From Candidatus Oleincola secundus (lineage in GTDB: Bacteria; Atribacterota; Phoenicimicrobiia; Phoenicimicrobiales; Stramentimicrobiaceae): a stretch of 21,680 bases of DNA. How positions within the stretch are numbered: position 1 is the first letter of the stretch; every line of letters starts with the position of its first letter. Shown here one piece after another: positions 1 through 10,467 of this stretch. The stretch spans positions 1-21,680 of the forward strand of contig JAGYLS010000024.1 of the NCBI GenBank assembly GCA_018400815.1, read 5' to 3'. The notes beneath the pieces are model-generated. The model ran no database searches and had not been told where the DNA came from. It saw only the letters and a program-made list of their open reading frames with translations. The position numbers and the translations under genes were made by a program.

Positions 1-57
1 TAGAAGATATTTAAATATAATAATAAATTTATTAAATATTTAATATGAAAAGAGCAT

Positions 58-2220
58 ATGAATAAAAAAAGCCATAAGAAAAAAAGAAAGAATAGAACTC
101 AACCTCAACCTTTTTTTGTTAAAGTAGTATTTATCTCCTTATTTTTGTTTATTCTATCCTTTGTAGTGTCATTTGCTTTTCTTGTTTCTTTTTCCAGCCA
201 AAAAATGGTTGATCTGGTCCAAACAAGCAATTTTATCAATCCTGTCACCAGCAAAGTATATGATATTAACGGAAAGTTAATAACAGAATTCTTTCAAGAA
301 AACAGAACACCTATTTCCCTGGATCAACTCCCAAATCATCTTATTAGTGCCTTTATTGCTATTGAAGATAGTAACTTTTATCAACACTATGGCATTAGTA
401 TCCGTGGCATTATCAGGGCATTAATTGAAAATATAAAAGAAGGAAGAATAGCCCAGGGTGGAAGTACAATAACCCAGCAACTTGCAGTTAACACTTTCTT
501 GACAAGAGAAGAATCTCTCAGTCGAAAAATACAGGATGCCTTACTGGCCTTACAGATCGAAAGAACTTTTACAAAGAATGAGATTCTTGAGATGTATCTT
601 AACCTTATTTACTTTGGTCATGGAGCCCATGGCATTGCCTCAGCATCAGAACTATATTTTTCTAAACCTGCCTTAGAACTTTCCCTTGCTGAAAGTGCTT
701 TAATCGCTGGTATTCCCCGAAGGCCTAATTATTATTCTCCCTTTAATAATATAGAAGCTTCTTTAAATAGAAAAAATGTTATTCTAAAAAGAATGTTTAA
801 TTTGGGCTATATTAATGAAAATGAATACAATCAAGCGAAAGAAGTAAAAATTGAATTTAACCATAATCGAGATGATTTAGAAGTCGCACCTTATTTTTCT
901 AGTTACATCCGCACCAAATTGCTGGAACAGTACGGGGTTAATATGGTTTTTAAAGGCGGATTAAAAATTTACACTACACTTGATCTGGAACTACAAAAAA
1001 AAGCTGAGGATGCATTCCTGAAAAGCAATAAAGAAGGAGCAATTATTGCCATTGAGCCTCAAACCGGTCATATCAAGGCTATGATAGGTGGTAAAAATTA
1101 TGAAGAAAGTGAATTCAATAGAGCTACCCAGGCACATAGGCAGCCCGGATCTGCCTTTAAAACTTTTGTTTATCTAACCGCTATTGAAAAGGGACTTTCC
1201 CCCAGTCTTGTTCTGGAAGATGCTCCTATTGTATATGAGAACGGCTGGTCACCGGAAAATTATGAAAAAGAATTTAGAGGTTTCGTCACACTTAGAGAGG
1301 CTTTTGAAGACTCCATAAATATCATTGGGGTAAAATTACTAGAAAGAGTGGGCGTTAGGGATGTAATTCAAAATGCCCAGAAAGCCGGGATAAAAAGCTC
1401 TTTAAGACCTGATCTGTCTTTGGCATTGGGAACTTCAGAAGTAACACCGCTGGAAATGGCTTCGGCTTATGCAACTATAGCTAATATGGGAACCTATGTA
1501 GAACCAATTTCTATACTTAAAATAGAGGATCATGATGGTAAGGTCCTGGAACAAAACAGGTCAATTAGCAAGAAAGTATTTTCAGAGGAAGTTTGCTATA
1601 CACTTATTAAATTAATGGAAGGAGTTATTCAGAGAGGAACAGGATGGAATGCACAAATTAAACGACCTGCTGCCGGAAAAACGGGAACAACCAATGAATG
1701 TATTGATGCCTGGTTCGTTGGGTTTACACCTGAATTAGCCTGTGCAGTTTATGTAGGAAATGATAATCGGGAAACACTGGGCAACAAAATGACCGGTGGT
1801 GTAGTAGCAGCTCCAATATGGCATGATTTTATGATAAGTGCACTTCAGGGACAACCAATAAAAGATTTTCCAAGACCTAAAAATGTCCACGAAATTACCG
1901 TTTGTGCCAAAACTGGTTTGTTGCCAGGTGAACAATGTGGAAAAACAGTAAAAGTAACATTTATTTCGGGAACAGAACCTCAGCAAGTTTGCCAGGGAGA
2001 CTCATCTCTGTCATCACAAATAATCGTTGAACCGTCAAAACCTTCCCAGGAAGAGCTTCCGGTTATTGAAGGCAAAAAGAAATTTCCTTTGCTTGGTGAA
2101 ATAGAAACTCTAAAGCAAGAAGAACAGCAGAAAGAAACTCCTCAAGTAGAAGAAAAGAAAGAAGAGACATTGCAATCATTAGTGGAAGAACTCAAAAGGA
2201 GATTAGAACAGAGGGATTAG
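58..2220 (+). CDS. Class A penicillin-binding protein (PBP1A family, transglycosylase-transpeptidase)
   Basis: Basic N-terminus then a TM helix. Transglycosylase motifs EDSNFYQH and QGGSTITQQL; transpeptidase SxxK (PGSAFK), SxN (SIN) and KTG (AGKTGT); Cys-containing, acidic C-terminal tail. Confidence 0.95.
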   Translation: MNKKSHKKKRKNRTQPQPFFVKVVFISLFLFILSFVVSFAFLVSFSSQKMVDLVQTSNFINPVTSKVYDINGKLITEFFQENRTPISLDQLPNHLISAFIAIEDSNFYQHYGISIRGIIRALIENIKEGRIAQGGSTITQQLAVNTFLTREESLSRKIQDALLALQIERTFTKNEILEMYLNLIYFGHGAHGIASASELYFSKPALELSLAESALIAGIPRRPNYYSPFNNIEASLNRKNVILKRMFNLGYINENEYNQAKEVKIEFNHNRDDLEVAPYFSSYIRTKLLEQYGVNMVFKGGLKIYTTLDLELQKKAEDAFLKSNKEGAIIAIEPQTGHIKAMIGGKNYEESEFNRATQAHRQPGSAFKTFVYLTAIEKGLSPSLVLEDAPIVYENGWSPENYEKEFRGFVTLREAFEDSINIIGVKLLERVGVRDVIQNAQKAGIKSSLRPDLSLALGTSEVTPLEMASAYATIANMGTYVEPISILKIEDHDGKVLEQNRSISKKVFSEEVCYTLIKLMEGVIQRGTGWNAQIKRPAAGKTGTTNECIDAWFVGFTPELACAVYVGNDNRETLGNKMTGGVVAAPIWHDFMISALQGQPIKDFPRPKNVHEITVCAKTGLLPGEQCGKTVKVTFISGTEPQQVCQGDSSLSSQIIVEPSKPSQEELPVIEGKKKFPLLGEIETLKQEEQQKETPQVEEKKEETLQSLVEELKRRLEQRD

Positions 2221-2236
2221 TATTCATACAAAATAG

Positions 2237-2468
2237 TTTTATTTAACTAATAGTTAAATAAATGGGTTTTACCATAAAAAGATTAAGAGTAGCTAGATAA
2301 CAATTTTTCACCTGAAGTCCAAAGTTGGAAGTACTATTGCTTAGAAATATTATATTTAGTTAAAGGTTAAATAAAAAATCGAAAGAAAAAGAGCTAAAAA
2401 GTGGAAAAAAGTTAAACCTCTTTTAGGGATTCTTAAAGCCACCCGCTATGCGGGTGCGATATTTACTA
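2237..2468 (+). mobile_element. ~232-bp repeated element, copy 1 (probable non-autonomous IS200/IS605-type MITE)
   Basis: Aligns by eye with the reverse complement of 19556-19800 over its whole length. Subterminal hairpin CACCCGC-TAT-GCGGGTG at 2440-2456; the other end has a collapsed palindrome TTTATTTAACTA-A-TAGTTAAATAAA. No transposase ORF. The repeat is directly visible; the family assignment is inference. Confidence 0.6.
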
Positions 2469-4831
2469 GAAATAAACTATGGTAACCCCTTCTCCTCCTT
2501 CACGGGAGTCACCATAACGATATGACTTAACATAAGATAACTGGCTTAGTAATTGAGCAACATTTTCCCTCAAAATACCCTTACCCTTGCCATGAATTAT
2601 ATATACCGGAGAAACATTTAACAAAAAAGCGTCATCAAGATATTTTTCCAGTCTAATTTGTGCATCCCTTACAGTCATTTGGCGTATATTAATTTTGTGA
2701 CTAAATTTCGATTTTTCTCTAACCGATTTCTTTGTAAGAGTAACTTGATATATAGTCTATTTTGTCAGAATTAACTTTCTTTATCTGCGTTTTATTTGTT
2801 CTTTTAATATCATCAAAAGGAATTGTGAGTTTAAGATGATTAATTTGGATTAAACATTGGTTCTTTTTTTTATTTTTTCAATAATTACTCCTTCTCTATT
2901 AAGACTTTTAATTAATACAAAATCACCTTCATTGAATTGTTCTTCTTTTTCTGAGAAGGTTTATGTTTATTTATATTCTTTTCTATTTCTTTGCTCAATC
3001 GTTTTAAAGAATTCTGTTCTTCTGTAAATTTTCCTTATCAGGTCTTTTGTTTTTATAGAATTAATAATTTCCTTAGCTCTCTTTTCTGTAGAAGAAATAA
3101 TTTCTTCTGCTTCCCGATATGCATCAGTACAATCTTTTTTTCTCACTTTCAAATGTACCAATTTTTGTTTCAAGCTCTTTTTTTTAATTCTACAATTTCC
3201 CTCTTTTCCCTTTCAGAGTACTCTAAGTTAACCGTCATTAGATTTCTATCTTTCTCCATCTTTTTAATCAGGTTTTCTAAATCCAGTTTTTCTTTTTCTA
3301 AATACTTCTGCGCATCTTTTATCACCCTATCAGACATCCCTAACTTTTCTGCAACAGAGAAGGCACAACTTTTTCCGGGAAGTCCAATTGTGATTTCATA
3401 AGTGGGCTGTAGTGTATCTTCGTCAAATTCCACTCTGGCATTCATCACTCGGTCAGTCAAATAAGCGTAAGCTTTAATACTATCATGATGTGTAGTACTC
3501 AAAACCTTTCCTCCCTTGGACCTTAGTGAATCAAGAATCGCCATGCTTAGAGCAGAACCCTCTGAAGGATCGGTACCAGCGCCTAATTCATCCAACAAAA
3601 CCAATGAACTTTCATCAGCCAAATCCAACACTTCAATAATCTGTTTCATATGGGCAGAAAATGTGCTTAGGTTTTGTTCTATGCTCTGTTCATCACCAAT
3701 ATCTGCAAATATTTTACTAAAAACAGCAATTTCACTATCTATACCAGCAGGAATATGTAATCCGGATTGGGTCATCAGATGTAATAATCCAACTGTTTTT
3801 AAGGTAACAGTTTTTCCTCCAGTATTAGGTCCGGTAACTACCAATACATCAAACTCTTTTCCTAATTCAATATTGATTGGAACAACAGAGGTTTTTAGAA
3901 GCGGATGCCTTGCTTTCTTTAAATAAATAATACCTCTGTTATTGACCTTTGGCTCAATTGCTTTCATCTGAAGACTTAGCTTGGCTTTTGCATTTATAAA
4001 GTCCAAATTGCCTAATTCTTGATATGAATTTAAAATATCTACGCTATTCTGACCAACTAAAGCAGTTAGTTTTTGCAGTACCTTATATTCTTCTTTTTTT
4101 TCTTCCTGGTATAGCTCTCTTAGCTCATTATTAAGTTTTACTATTGGTAATGGTTCAACAAAGACAGTAACTCCGCTTTCAGACTTATCATGAACAATTC
4201 CAGGGAATTTACCTTTTTCTTGCTGCTTTATAGGCAAAACAAACCTGCCCTGGCGCATAGTAATAATATCATCCTGGATAAAAGTACGGTTTTGGGGATC
4301 CCTAACCATATGTTCCAGCTTATCACGAATATTTTTTTCTGTACTGCGAATCTGCTGTCGTATTTTCTTTAAAACCGTGCTAGCTTCATCAAGAATCTCA
4401 GCTTCTTCATCAATGCACTTTTTTATCTCTTTTTCCAGCAACCTAAAGACTTTTAATTTATCAATTTTGCTTTTGATAAGGGGATATTTTTCATCAGATA
4501 TTTTGTTAAAAAAATCTTTTATTAAATAAAAACATTCTAATACTCTACTAATAATTAAGAGTGTTTTTGCAGTCAAGATGCTACCATGTATCTCAGAATG
4601 TTTTATATCACCTTCAATATCGTCCAAAGCTATAAATGGTGGACTGCCTTCTATTTCTAAAATGTTTTTCATCTCCGTAGTTTCTCGCTGCCATTCCTGA
4701 ATAAGCAAAAAATCTGACGTAGGAGTTAATTTTTTTAGAAACCTTTCGCCTGGAGAAGTATAAACTTCTCTTTTTAACAATTCTTTTATTTTAGGGTACT
4801 CTAATATTGTAAAAAGGTGTTTATTCATCAC
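2466..4831 (-). CDS. mutS2: MutS2 (endonuclease / ribosome-splitting factor); 3' part broken by about 6-7 frameshifts, so either assembly error or pseudogene
   Basis: The 553-aa ORF has Walker A TGPNTGGKT, DIGDEQSIEQNLSTFS and LLDELGAGTDP. Downstream fragments in changing frames give a coiled coil (DAYREAEEII), KOW (FNEGDFVLIKSLNREGVII) and Smr domain (IIHGKGKGILR...EGGEGVTIVYF, stop at 2466-2468). Confidence 0.9.
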
Positions 4832-4848
4832 TACTCAACCGCTTTATT

Positions 4849-5391
4849 TTAAGCACTAATATTTTGATAAAATCTTTCTTTTAAAAATTCAATCTCAAAC
4901 TGAAAATGGCCTGGCAACCATTCCTTCAATGAATTATAAACAATAATTATTCCATTAAGAAAATGTTCTGCTAAAACTGATTGTTTTATTTGATATTGAA
5001 TCTCTAAAGGCAAGGGGAAAAAATTAACTAAGAATAACAATAATCCAACAATAATTGTCCCCCTAATAAATCCAAATAAAGTACCACCAAGGTTATTAAT
5101 CCAATTCAATAACAACAAGGCAGTAATATGGCTCAATAAATTTTCTAGCAATCGGAAGAAAATAATAACAGCAATAAAAATAAGAATAAAACTTATAATA
5201 TTTGATAAGGCTTGATTCCATTTAAATTGTTTTATCAAAAATAAACTTAAATCAGCATACCAGAAAATAGCAATAAAAATAGCGGAAATCAATCCAAAAA
5301 GTGTAAGTATTTCTGCAATAATACCTCTCTTAAAGCCCAAAAAAACATTGAATAAGATAATAACAAGAATGATTAAATCAACCCAGTTAAT
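4849..5391 (-). CDS. cvpA: CvpA (colicin V production) family membrane protein, probable ATT start
   Basis: Hydrophobic ORF with GFKRG and NNLGGTLFGFIRG motifs. The frame extends upstream of the called TTG (5340) as NWVDLIILVIILFNVFL, the typical CvpA N-terminus. It is preceded only by ATT codons (5391, 5394), in-frame stops and SD AGGGGG. Confidence 0.85.
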   Translation of the reverse strand: MNWVDLIILVIILFNVFLGFKRGIIAEILTLFGLISAIFIAIFWYADLSLFLIKQFKWNQALSNIISFILIFIAVIIFFRLLENLLSHITALLLLNWINNLGGTLFGFIRGTIIVGLLLFLVNFFPLPLEIQYQIKQSVLAEHFLNGIIIVYNSLKEWLPGHFQFEIEFLKERFYQNISA

Positions 5392-5434
5392 AATTTTTTA
5401 CTATCCCCCTGATTTCTTTAATTCTATAGAAGGT

Positions 5435-7879
5435 TTATTGCCTTAATTCTGCCTGGAAACAATTCCTTAATTGTATTTTAACACTTTCCATCATTTTGTC
5501 GACTTCTTCATCAGTTAAAGTTCTATCTTCTGCTTGAAAAATAATTGAGAAAGCTACGCTCTTGTATCCTCTTTCAATTTGTTTACCCCTGAATATATCA
5601 AACAATTCTACCTTTTTTATTATTTGGGAATTGACTCCTAATATTGTCTTATTTATTTGATCAACGCTAACTTGTTCAGCAACAATAATCGCTATATCTC
5701 TATTTATAGAGGGATACTTGGGCAATGGTTTAAAGGTAATATTTTGGTCAATATGAGAATACAATAAAGACAAATCGATTTCAAAAAGAAAAATCTCTTC
5801 AGGAATATCCATAATATCTGAAATATTTTGAGATATTTTCCCGAATATACCTACTTCCTGATTATTTACTTCAATTAATCCATTTTTTTCTGTATCAAAT
5901 GTGGGAAAAGTACCATGAATATAGGAAATGTCTTTATCTTTTAACCCTATATTATCAAAAACTGTTTCTAAAATTCCTTTTAAATAAAATATATCCCACT
6001 TTTCTGTTTTCCCCCATATATTACCCCTGCCAGTTTTGCTTATTGCTCCGGCCACCTTTAATTTTTCCAAAGGCAGTTTGTTATTCTGTTTATTTTGCTT
6101 TTGCAGAAACACCTTGCCGATTTCAAATACTTTAATTTCTTCAACTTTATGATTGATATTCCACTGAATTGCCTTAAGTATACCCGGAATCAAAGTGGTT
6201 CGCATTACAGTTTGGTCCTGAATTAATGGATTTAATAAACAAACCGTTTCACGTAAGGGGTGAGAATTAGGCAAATTCATCCAGTCAAAATAGATAGGTG
6301 TTACCATGCTATAACTAATTGTTTGGTGCATCCCACAACCTACAAGAATATTACTAATTTTGTCAACCATTTTTTGTCTCTCGCTTATACCTTTTTGAAC
6401 AACAGTTGATTTAAATAAAGTAGAAGGTATTTTATCATACCCATATATTTTGGCAATTTCTTCGATAATATCAACATCTCTTTGTATATCTCCTCTAAAA
6501 GTTGGCGGTATTACTTTTAGGGAAGAGCTATCCTGATAGGTAATATTGAATTCTAATCTTTTTAGTAATTCACTTATTTCATTTCTTGATTCATGGTCAG
6601 ATTGGGCAACTTTTATACCCATTATTTTTTTTACTTTGGTAAAATTTAATTTAATTTCCTTTTTACTACACCTATTTTCACTACGCTGGTCAATAACTCC
6701 GGCAAGAATATTGCCTGATGTTATCCGGTTAGTTAAGGAAGCTGCCCTGTTTAATGCATAAATTTGTCCATCAGGATCAATTCCTTTTTCGAACCGATTC
6801 GAAGCATCTGTTCTTAGAGAGAAATAACGGCTAGTCCTCCTGTTATTTACCGAATTAAAATAAGCTGATTCTAAAAAAACATCCTTGGTATAATCTTTTA
6901 TCTCGGAATTCTCGCCACCCATTACTCCAGCCAGTGCAATAGCTTTTTCCTTGTCGGCGATAACGAGATTTTCTTCTGTCAATTCCCTTTCAACACCATC
7001 TAAGGTATTAAACTTTTCACCCGATTTCGCCCTTCTGATAATAATTTTTTTCCCATGAATATAATCCAAATCAAAGGCATGAAGCGGTTGTCCTGTCTCC
7101 ATCATAACATAATTGGTAACATCAACTACATTGTTGATTGGCCTAACTCCTAATAAAAATAGTTTCCATCTTAGCCAAAAAGGAGATTCCTTTATTTTTA
7201 CTCCCTGTACAATCCTGCCGGCATATCTGGGACATAGATTCTTGTCTTCCACCTGTATAAAAATTTTTTCGGTTATATTTACATCTACTTCTAAAATATT
7301 TATTTCAGGAATATGCAATTCTTTGCCGCTGAAAGCAGCTATTTCTCTGGCAATACCTATAATACTCATTAAATCAGGGCGATTTGAAAATATTTCAAAG
7401 TCAAATATAACGTCATTTCCTATGTCCCCAAGGCTAGCTAACTCTTCGCCCAGAGGATATTTATTATCTAAAATAAGAACACCTGGTGATTTGCTTTTCT
7501 CCAACCCCAATTCAGAGGCAGAGCAAATCATACCTTTAGACAATACTCCCTGTATCTTTTTTTCTGTAATTTTCCCCAAGCCAGGTAAAATTGCCAATTC
7601 TGTTGCAAAAGGGATATAATCACCGACTTTCATGTTCTTTGCACCACAGACTACTTCTAATTCCCTATTTTTTATATCTACCCGGCAAATAGACAAATTA
7701 TCATTCTGGTTATGGGATTTAATTTCTTTTATTTCTCCTACTACAACCCCTTCTATACCATCAAAAACTGCTTTCTTGTGTTCGGCAACAATGCCATTCA
7801 TAGAAAGCCTATCTGCTAATTCATCGGGTGATAATTCAATATCAACATATTCTTTCAGTAAATTATATGAAACTTGCAT
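5435..7879 (-). CDS. pheT: Phenylalanyl-tRNA synthetase beta subunit
   Basis: VVCGAKN and SKGMICSASELGL (OB fold), NRPDLMSIIGIARE, INNVVDVTNYVMMETGQPLHAFD, C-terminal FDX-ACB domain (RDIA...DRTLTDEEV); follows pheS. Confidence 0.98.
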   Translation of the reverse strand: MQVSYNLLKEYVDIELSPDELADRLSMNGIVAEHKKAVFDGIEGVVVGEIKEIKSHNQNDNLSICRVDIKNRELEVVCGAKNMKVGDYIPFATELAILPGLGKITEKKIQGVLSKGMICSASELGLEKSKSPGVLILDNKYPLGEELASLGDIGNDVIFDFEIFSNRPDLMSIIGIAREIAAFSGKELHIPEINILEVDVNITEKIFIQVEDKNLCPRYAGRIVQGVKIKESPFWLRWKLFLLGVRPINNVVDVTNYVMMETGQPLHAFDLDYIHGKKIIIRRAKSGEKFNTLDGVERELTEENLVIADKEKAIALAGVMGGENSEIKDYTKDVFLESAYFNSVNNRRTSRYFSLRTDASNRFEKGIDPDGQIYALNRAASLTNRITSGNILAGVIDQRSENRCSKKEIKLNFTKVKKIMGIKVAQSDHESRNEISELLKRLEFNITYQDSSSLKVIPPTFRGDIQRDVDIIEEIAKIYGYDKIPSTLFKSTVVQKGISERQKMVDKISNILVGCGMHQTISYSMVTPIYFDWMNLPNSHPLRETVCLLNPLIQDQTVMRTTLIPGILKAIQWNINHKVEEIKVFEIGKVFLQKQNKQNNKLPLEKLKVAGAISKTGRGNIWGKTEKWDIFYLKGILETVFDNIGLKDKDISYIHGTFPTFDTEKNGLIEVNNQEVGIFGKISQNISDIMDIPEEIFLFEIDLSLLYSHIDQNITFKPLPKYPSINRDIAIIVAEQVSVDQINKTILGVNSQIIKKVELFDIFRGKQIERGYKSVAFSIIFQAEDRTLTDEEVDKMMESVKIQLRNCFQAELRQ

Positions 7880-7911
7880 CTCATTTTTCTCCCCTCATAA
7901 GTATTACCATC

Positions 7912-8925
7912 CTATTTAAACTGAGTTAGAAAACGTAAATCATTTTCAAAGAATAAACGAATATCATTAATACCATATTTCAGCATGGCAATTCTCTCTA
8001 CACCCATCCCAAAGGCAAAACCGGTTAGTTTTTCAGAATCATAACCTGCCATTTCCAATACATTCGGATGTACCATTCCTGCTCCCATTATCTCAAGCCA
8101 TCCAGTGTGTCCGCATGAACGGCAACCTTTCCCATTACATAGGCCGCACGATACATCAACCTCTGCACCTGGTTCCACAAAAGGAAAATAACCTGGTCTG
8201 AACCTTACTTTTCTGTCTTTGCCGAAAACTTGCTTGCAAAATTCGGTAATTACCCCTTTAAGATCGCTTAGCGAGATATCTTTATCAACTGCTAGGCCCT
8301 CTATCTGGTGAAACATAGGTGTATGAGTACTATCAATAGAATCTCTACGGTAGCATTTCCCAGTTGAAATTATCCGGACGGGTGCCGGTTGTTTCTCCAT
8401 GGTTCTTACCTGCATAGGGGATGTTTGGGTTCTAAGCAATACTTCAGGGTTAATATAAAAAGAATCCTGGTCATCTCTAGCCGGATGGTCTTTGGGAATA
8501 TTTAAACCTTCAAAATTATAGTAGTCTAACTCAATCTCAGGTCCGTCAACAAAACGAAATCCCATTCCCAAAAATATTTCCTGAGTCTGCCGAAGAATCA
8601 ACTCTATGGGATGAACAGTGCCCATTCCAAAATTCCTACCGGGGATAGTAATATCAAATATTTCTTTCGATTTGCCAACCTGTTTTGAAAAGTTTTTTTC
8701 TTTCTCGGAAATAATATGCTGAATTTCCTGTTTTGTCTTGTTTAATAATTGACCAATTTTTGGTCTATCTTCTTTTGGTATTAATGCAATTTCTTTCAGC
8801 ATCTGGGTAACATAGCCTTTTCGACCTATGTATTCATTTTTTACTCTTTCCAATTCATCTCTATGCTCTATTGGATCAATTCGTTGATTAAATTGCTCTT
8901 TTAGCTGTGCTATTTTTTCTTTCAA
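7912..8925 (-). CDS. pheS: Phenylalanyl-tRNA synthetase alpha subunit
   Basis: HPARDDQD, LRTQTSPMQVR, FHQIEGL, YFPFVEP, GFAFGMGVERIAM; TTG start after SD AGGGAGG. Confidence 0.98.
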   Translation of the reverse strand: MKEKIAQLKEQFNQRIDPIEHRDELERVKNEYIGRKGYVTQMLKEIALIPKEDRPKIGQLLNKTKQEIQHIISEKEKNFSKQVGKSKEIFDITIPGRNFGMGTVHPIELILRQTQEIFLGMGFRFVDGPEIELDYYNFEGLNIPKDHPARDDQDSFYINPEVLLRTQTSPMQVRTMEKQPAPVRIISTGKCYRRDSIDSTHTPMFHQIEGLAVDKDISLSDLKGVITEFCKQVFGKDRKVRFRPGYFPFVEPGAEVDVSCGLCNGKGCRSCGHTGWLEIMGAGMVHPNVLEMAGYDSEKLTGFAFGMGVERIAMLKYGINDIRLFFENDLRFLTQFK

Positions 8926-8941
8926 GGTATATACCTCCCTA

Positions 8942-8997
8942 TAAAAAAAGAAGTTTACAATTTTTCCCCTTTAAAGGGACGAAAATTATAAACTTCT
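8942..8997 (-). terminator. Intrinsic terminator (attenuator) of the pheS T-box
   Basis: Minus-strand hairpin AGAAGTTTATAATTTT..CCCT-TTAA-AGGG..AAAATTGTAAACTTCT followed by a U run; overlaps the 3' strand of the antiterminator. Confidence 0.85.
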
Positions 8998-9180
8998 CCG
9001 CGTTACCACCCTTTTTGACTTGTTTTAATTCAAGTCCTAACTCAATTCTTTTTTAACGGAAAGACCCGTCCAAACCTACTTTGTAATTTTCAGTCGGCAC
9101 ACTAAAAGTGAAATTCAATAAAATTATTATCAGTTGAGAAAATTTTTAACTAATAATAATTTTATCTACTATCTTTTTTA
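8942..9180 (-). ncRNA. Phe T-box riboswitch (transcriptional) upstream of pheS
   Basis: T-box AGGG-TGGTAAC-GCG (8999-9012) pairs with CGT-CCCT. Stem III GACTTG/CAAGTC; IIA/B with CCGTTA and pseudoknot partner AAAGA; Stem II with GAA/AGTA. Specifier loop AGTA...GAAT-TTC-A, with UUC (Phe) at 9110-9112. Confidence 0.92.
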
Positions 9181-9195
9181 TTTACTTTTTTATTT

Positions 9196-9224
9196 AGTTT
9201 AAATATTGCTAAATTTTTTAACAA
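9196..9224 (-). promoter_or_regulatory. Candidate sigma70 promoter for the pheS leader
   Basis: TTGTTA-17 bp-TAAACT just upstream of T-box Stem I; AT-rich context lowers specificity. Confidence 0.5.
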
Positions 9225-9262
9225 AATCTCCGAACAAAATAATTTATTGATTGGTAAAATTA

Positions 9263-9619
9263 TTATTTATCACCTGATATAGCCATTTTTGATAGCTGGG
9301 AAAAGGCTTTTTCATGATGAACAGCAATCTCTGCCAATATTTTTCGATTTAACTGAATATTAGCGTCCTTCAACCCTTTTATTAACTTACTATAGGAAAG
9401 GCCTTCTTTTTTCGCTGCAATACCAATTCGAGTAATCCAAAGTCTTCGAAAATCCCTTTTCCTTGCCTTTCGATCACGATAAGCATAAGATAGTGATTTT
9501 CTCACTGCATCTTTGGCAGTTCGAAGCAATTTACTCTTTCCACCCCAGTATCCTTTGGCAGATCTTAATATCTTTTTTCTTCTATTTCTCGAGGCCACAC
9601 TATTGCTTGCTCTTGGCAT
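9263..9619 (-). CDS. rplT: 50S ribosomal protein L20
   Basis: AKGYWG, AYRDRKARKRDFRRLWITRI, LNRKILAEIA; follows infC-rpmI. Confidence 0.98.
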   Translation of the reverse strand: MPRASNSVASRNRRKKILRSAKGYWGGKSKLLRTAKDAVRKSLSYAYRDRKARKRDFRRLWITRIGIAAKKEGLSYSKLIKGLKDANIQLNRKILAEIAVHHEKAFSQLSKMAISGDK

Positions 9620-9709
9620 ATCTATTTCTCCTCATTTAATCTCTTATTTCATTTAATTATTTTTATTTTTCTATTTATATATTTATAATCTGTACAATCT
9701 TATCAAATT

Positions 9710-9907
9710 TTATTGATAAGGCAATAAACGTTTAATTCGCTTGCTATCACTTTTGTCGATCAAAGTTAATTTGGCCAATTGTCTTTTTCTCTTTGGCGAT
9801 TTTTTGGTCAATATATGACTTTTATAAGCTTTTGAGCGTTTTATTTTCCCTGTTCCTGTAATTTTAAAACGTTTAGCTGCACCACGATGCGTCTTCATTT
9901 TCGGCAT
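9710..9907 (-). CDS. rpmI: 50S ribosomal protein L35
   Basis: [35 protein letters not shown]. Confidence 0.98.
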   Translation of the reverse strand: MPKMKTHRGAAKRFKITGTGKIKRSKAYKSHILTKKSPKRKRQLAKLTLIDKSDSKRIKRLLPYQ

Positions 9908-9945
9908 ATTCGCTTATCCTCCGTTATAAGATAGTATTACTTATC

Positions 9946-10467
9946 TCAAGTATTTTTGTTAGAAATAAGAATTAAAGTCATATTTCTTCCTTCTAATTTC
10001 GGCTTTTTTTCAACCTTAGAGATCTCATTCGTTTCTGATATTACTCTCTCTAGAAGTTCTCGACCTGCATCAACAAATTTCATCTCCCGGCCTCTGAACA
10101 TTACAGTTACCTTAACACGATTCCCGTCCTGTAGAAACTTATGAATATTTTTTGTTTTAAATTCATAATCATGCTCTCCAATGTTAGGTCTCATTTTTAT
10201 CTCTTTTAGACTGGTTGTTTTTTGCCTCTTTTTACCCTGTTTTACCCTTTTTTCAGTGGTATAACGATACTTTCCATAATCCATAATACGGCAAACAGGT
10301 GGGGTTGCATCAGGAGAAACTTCTACCAGATCAAGGTTATTTTTTTTTGCTTCTTCTAATCCTGTTTCTCGATCGACCAAGCCAAGTTGCTCTCCATTAT
10401 GATTAATTAAACGTATTTTCTTGGCTTTGATTTCACGATTCACGCGAAATGTAGATTTTGACTTTAT
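9946..10467 (-). CDS. infC: Translation initiation factor IF-3, probable ATA start
   Basis: LDLVEVSPDATPPVCRIMDYGKY, VKVTVMFRGRE. SD AAGGAGG lies 8 nt before an in-frame ATA (10465-10467); the called GTG at 10443 has no SD. Confidence 0.95.
   Translation of the reverse strand: MKSKSTFRVNREIKAKKIRLINHNGEQLGLVDRETGLEEAKKNNLDLVEVSPDATPPVCRIMDYGKYRYTTEKRVKQGKKRQKTTSLKEIKMRPNIGEHDYEFKTKNIHKFLQDGNRVKVTVMFRGREMKFVDAGRELLERVISETNEISKVEKKPKLEGRNMTLILISNKNT

Noticed and set aside
2466..3173. ORFs 2466-2678 and 2967-3173 as independent genes
   Set aside because: They are fragments of the frameshifted mutS2 3' region.
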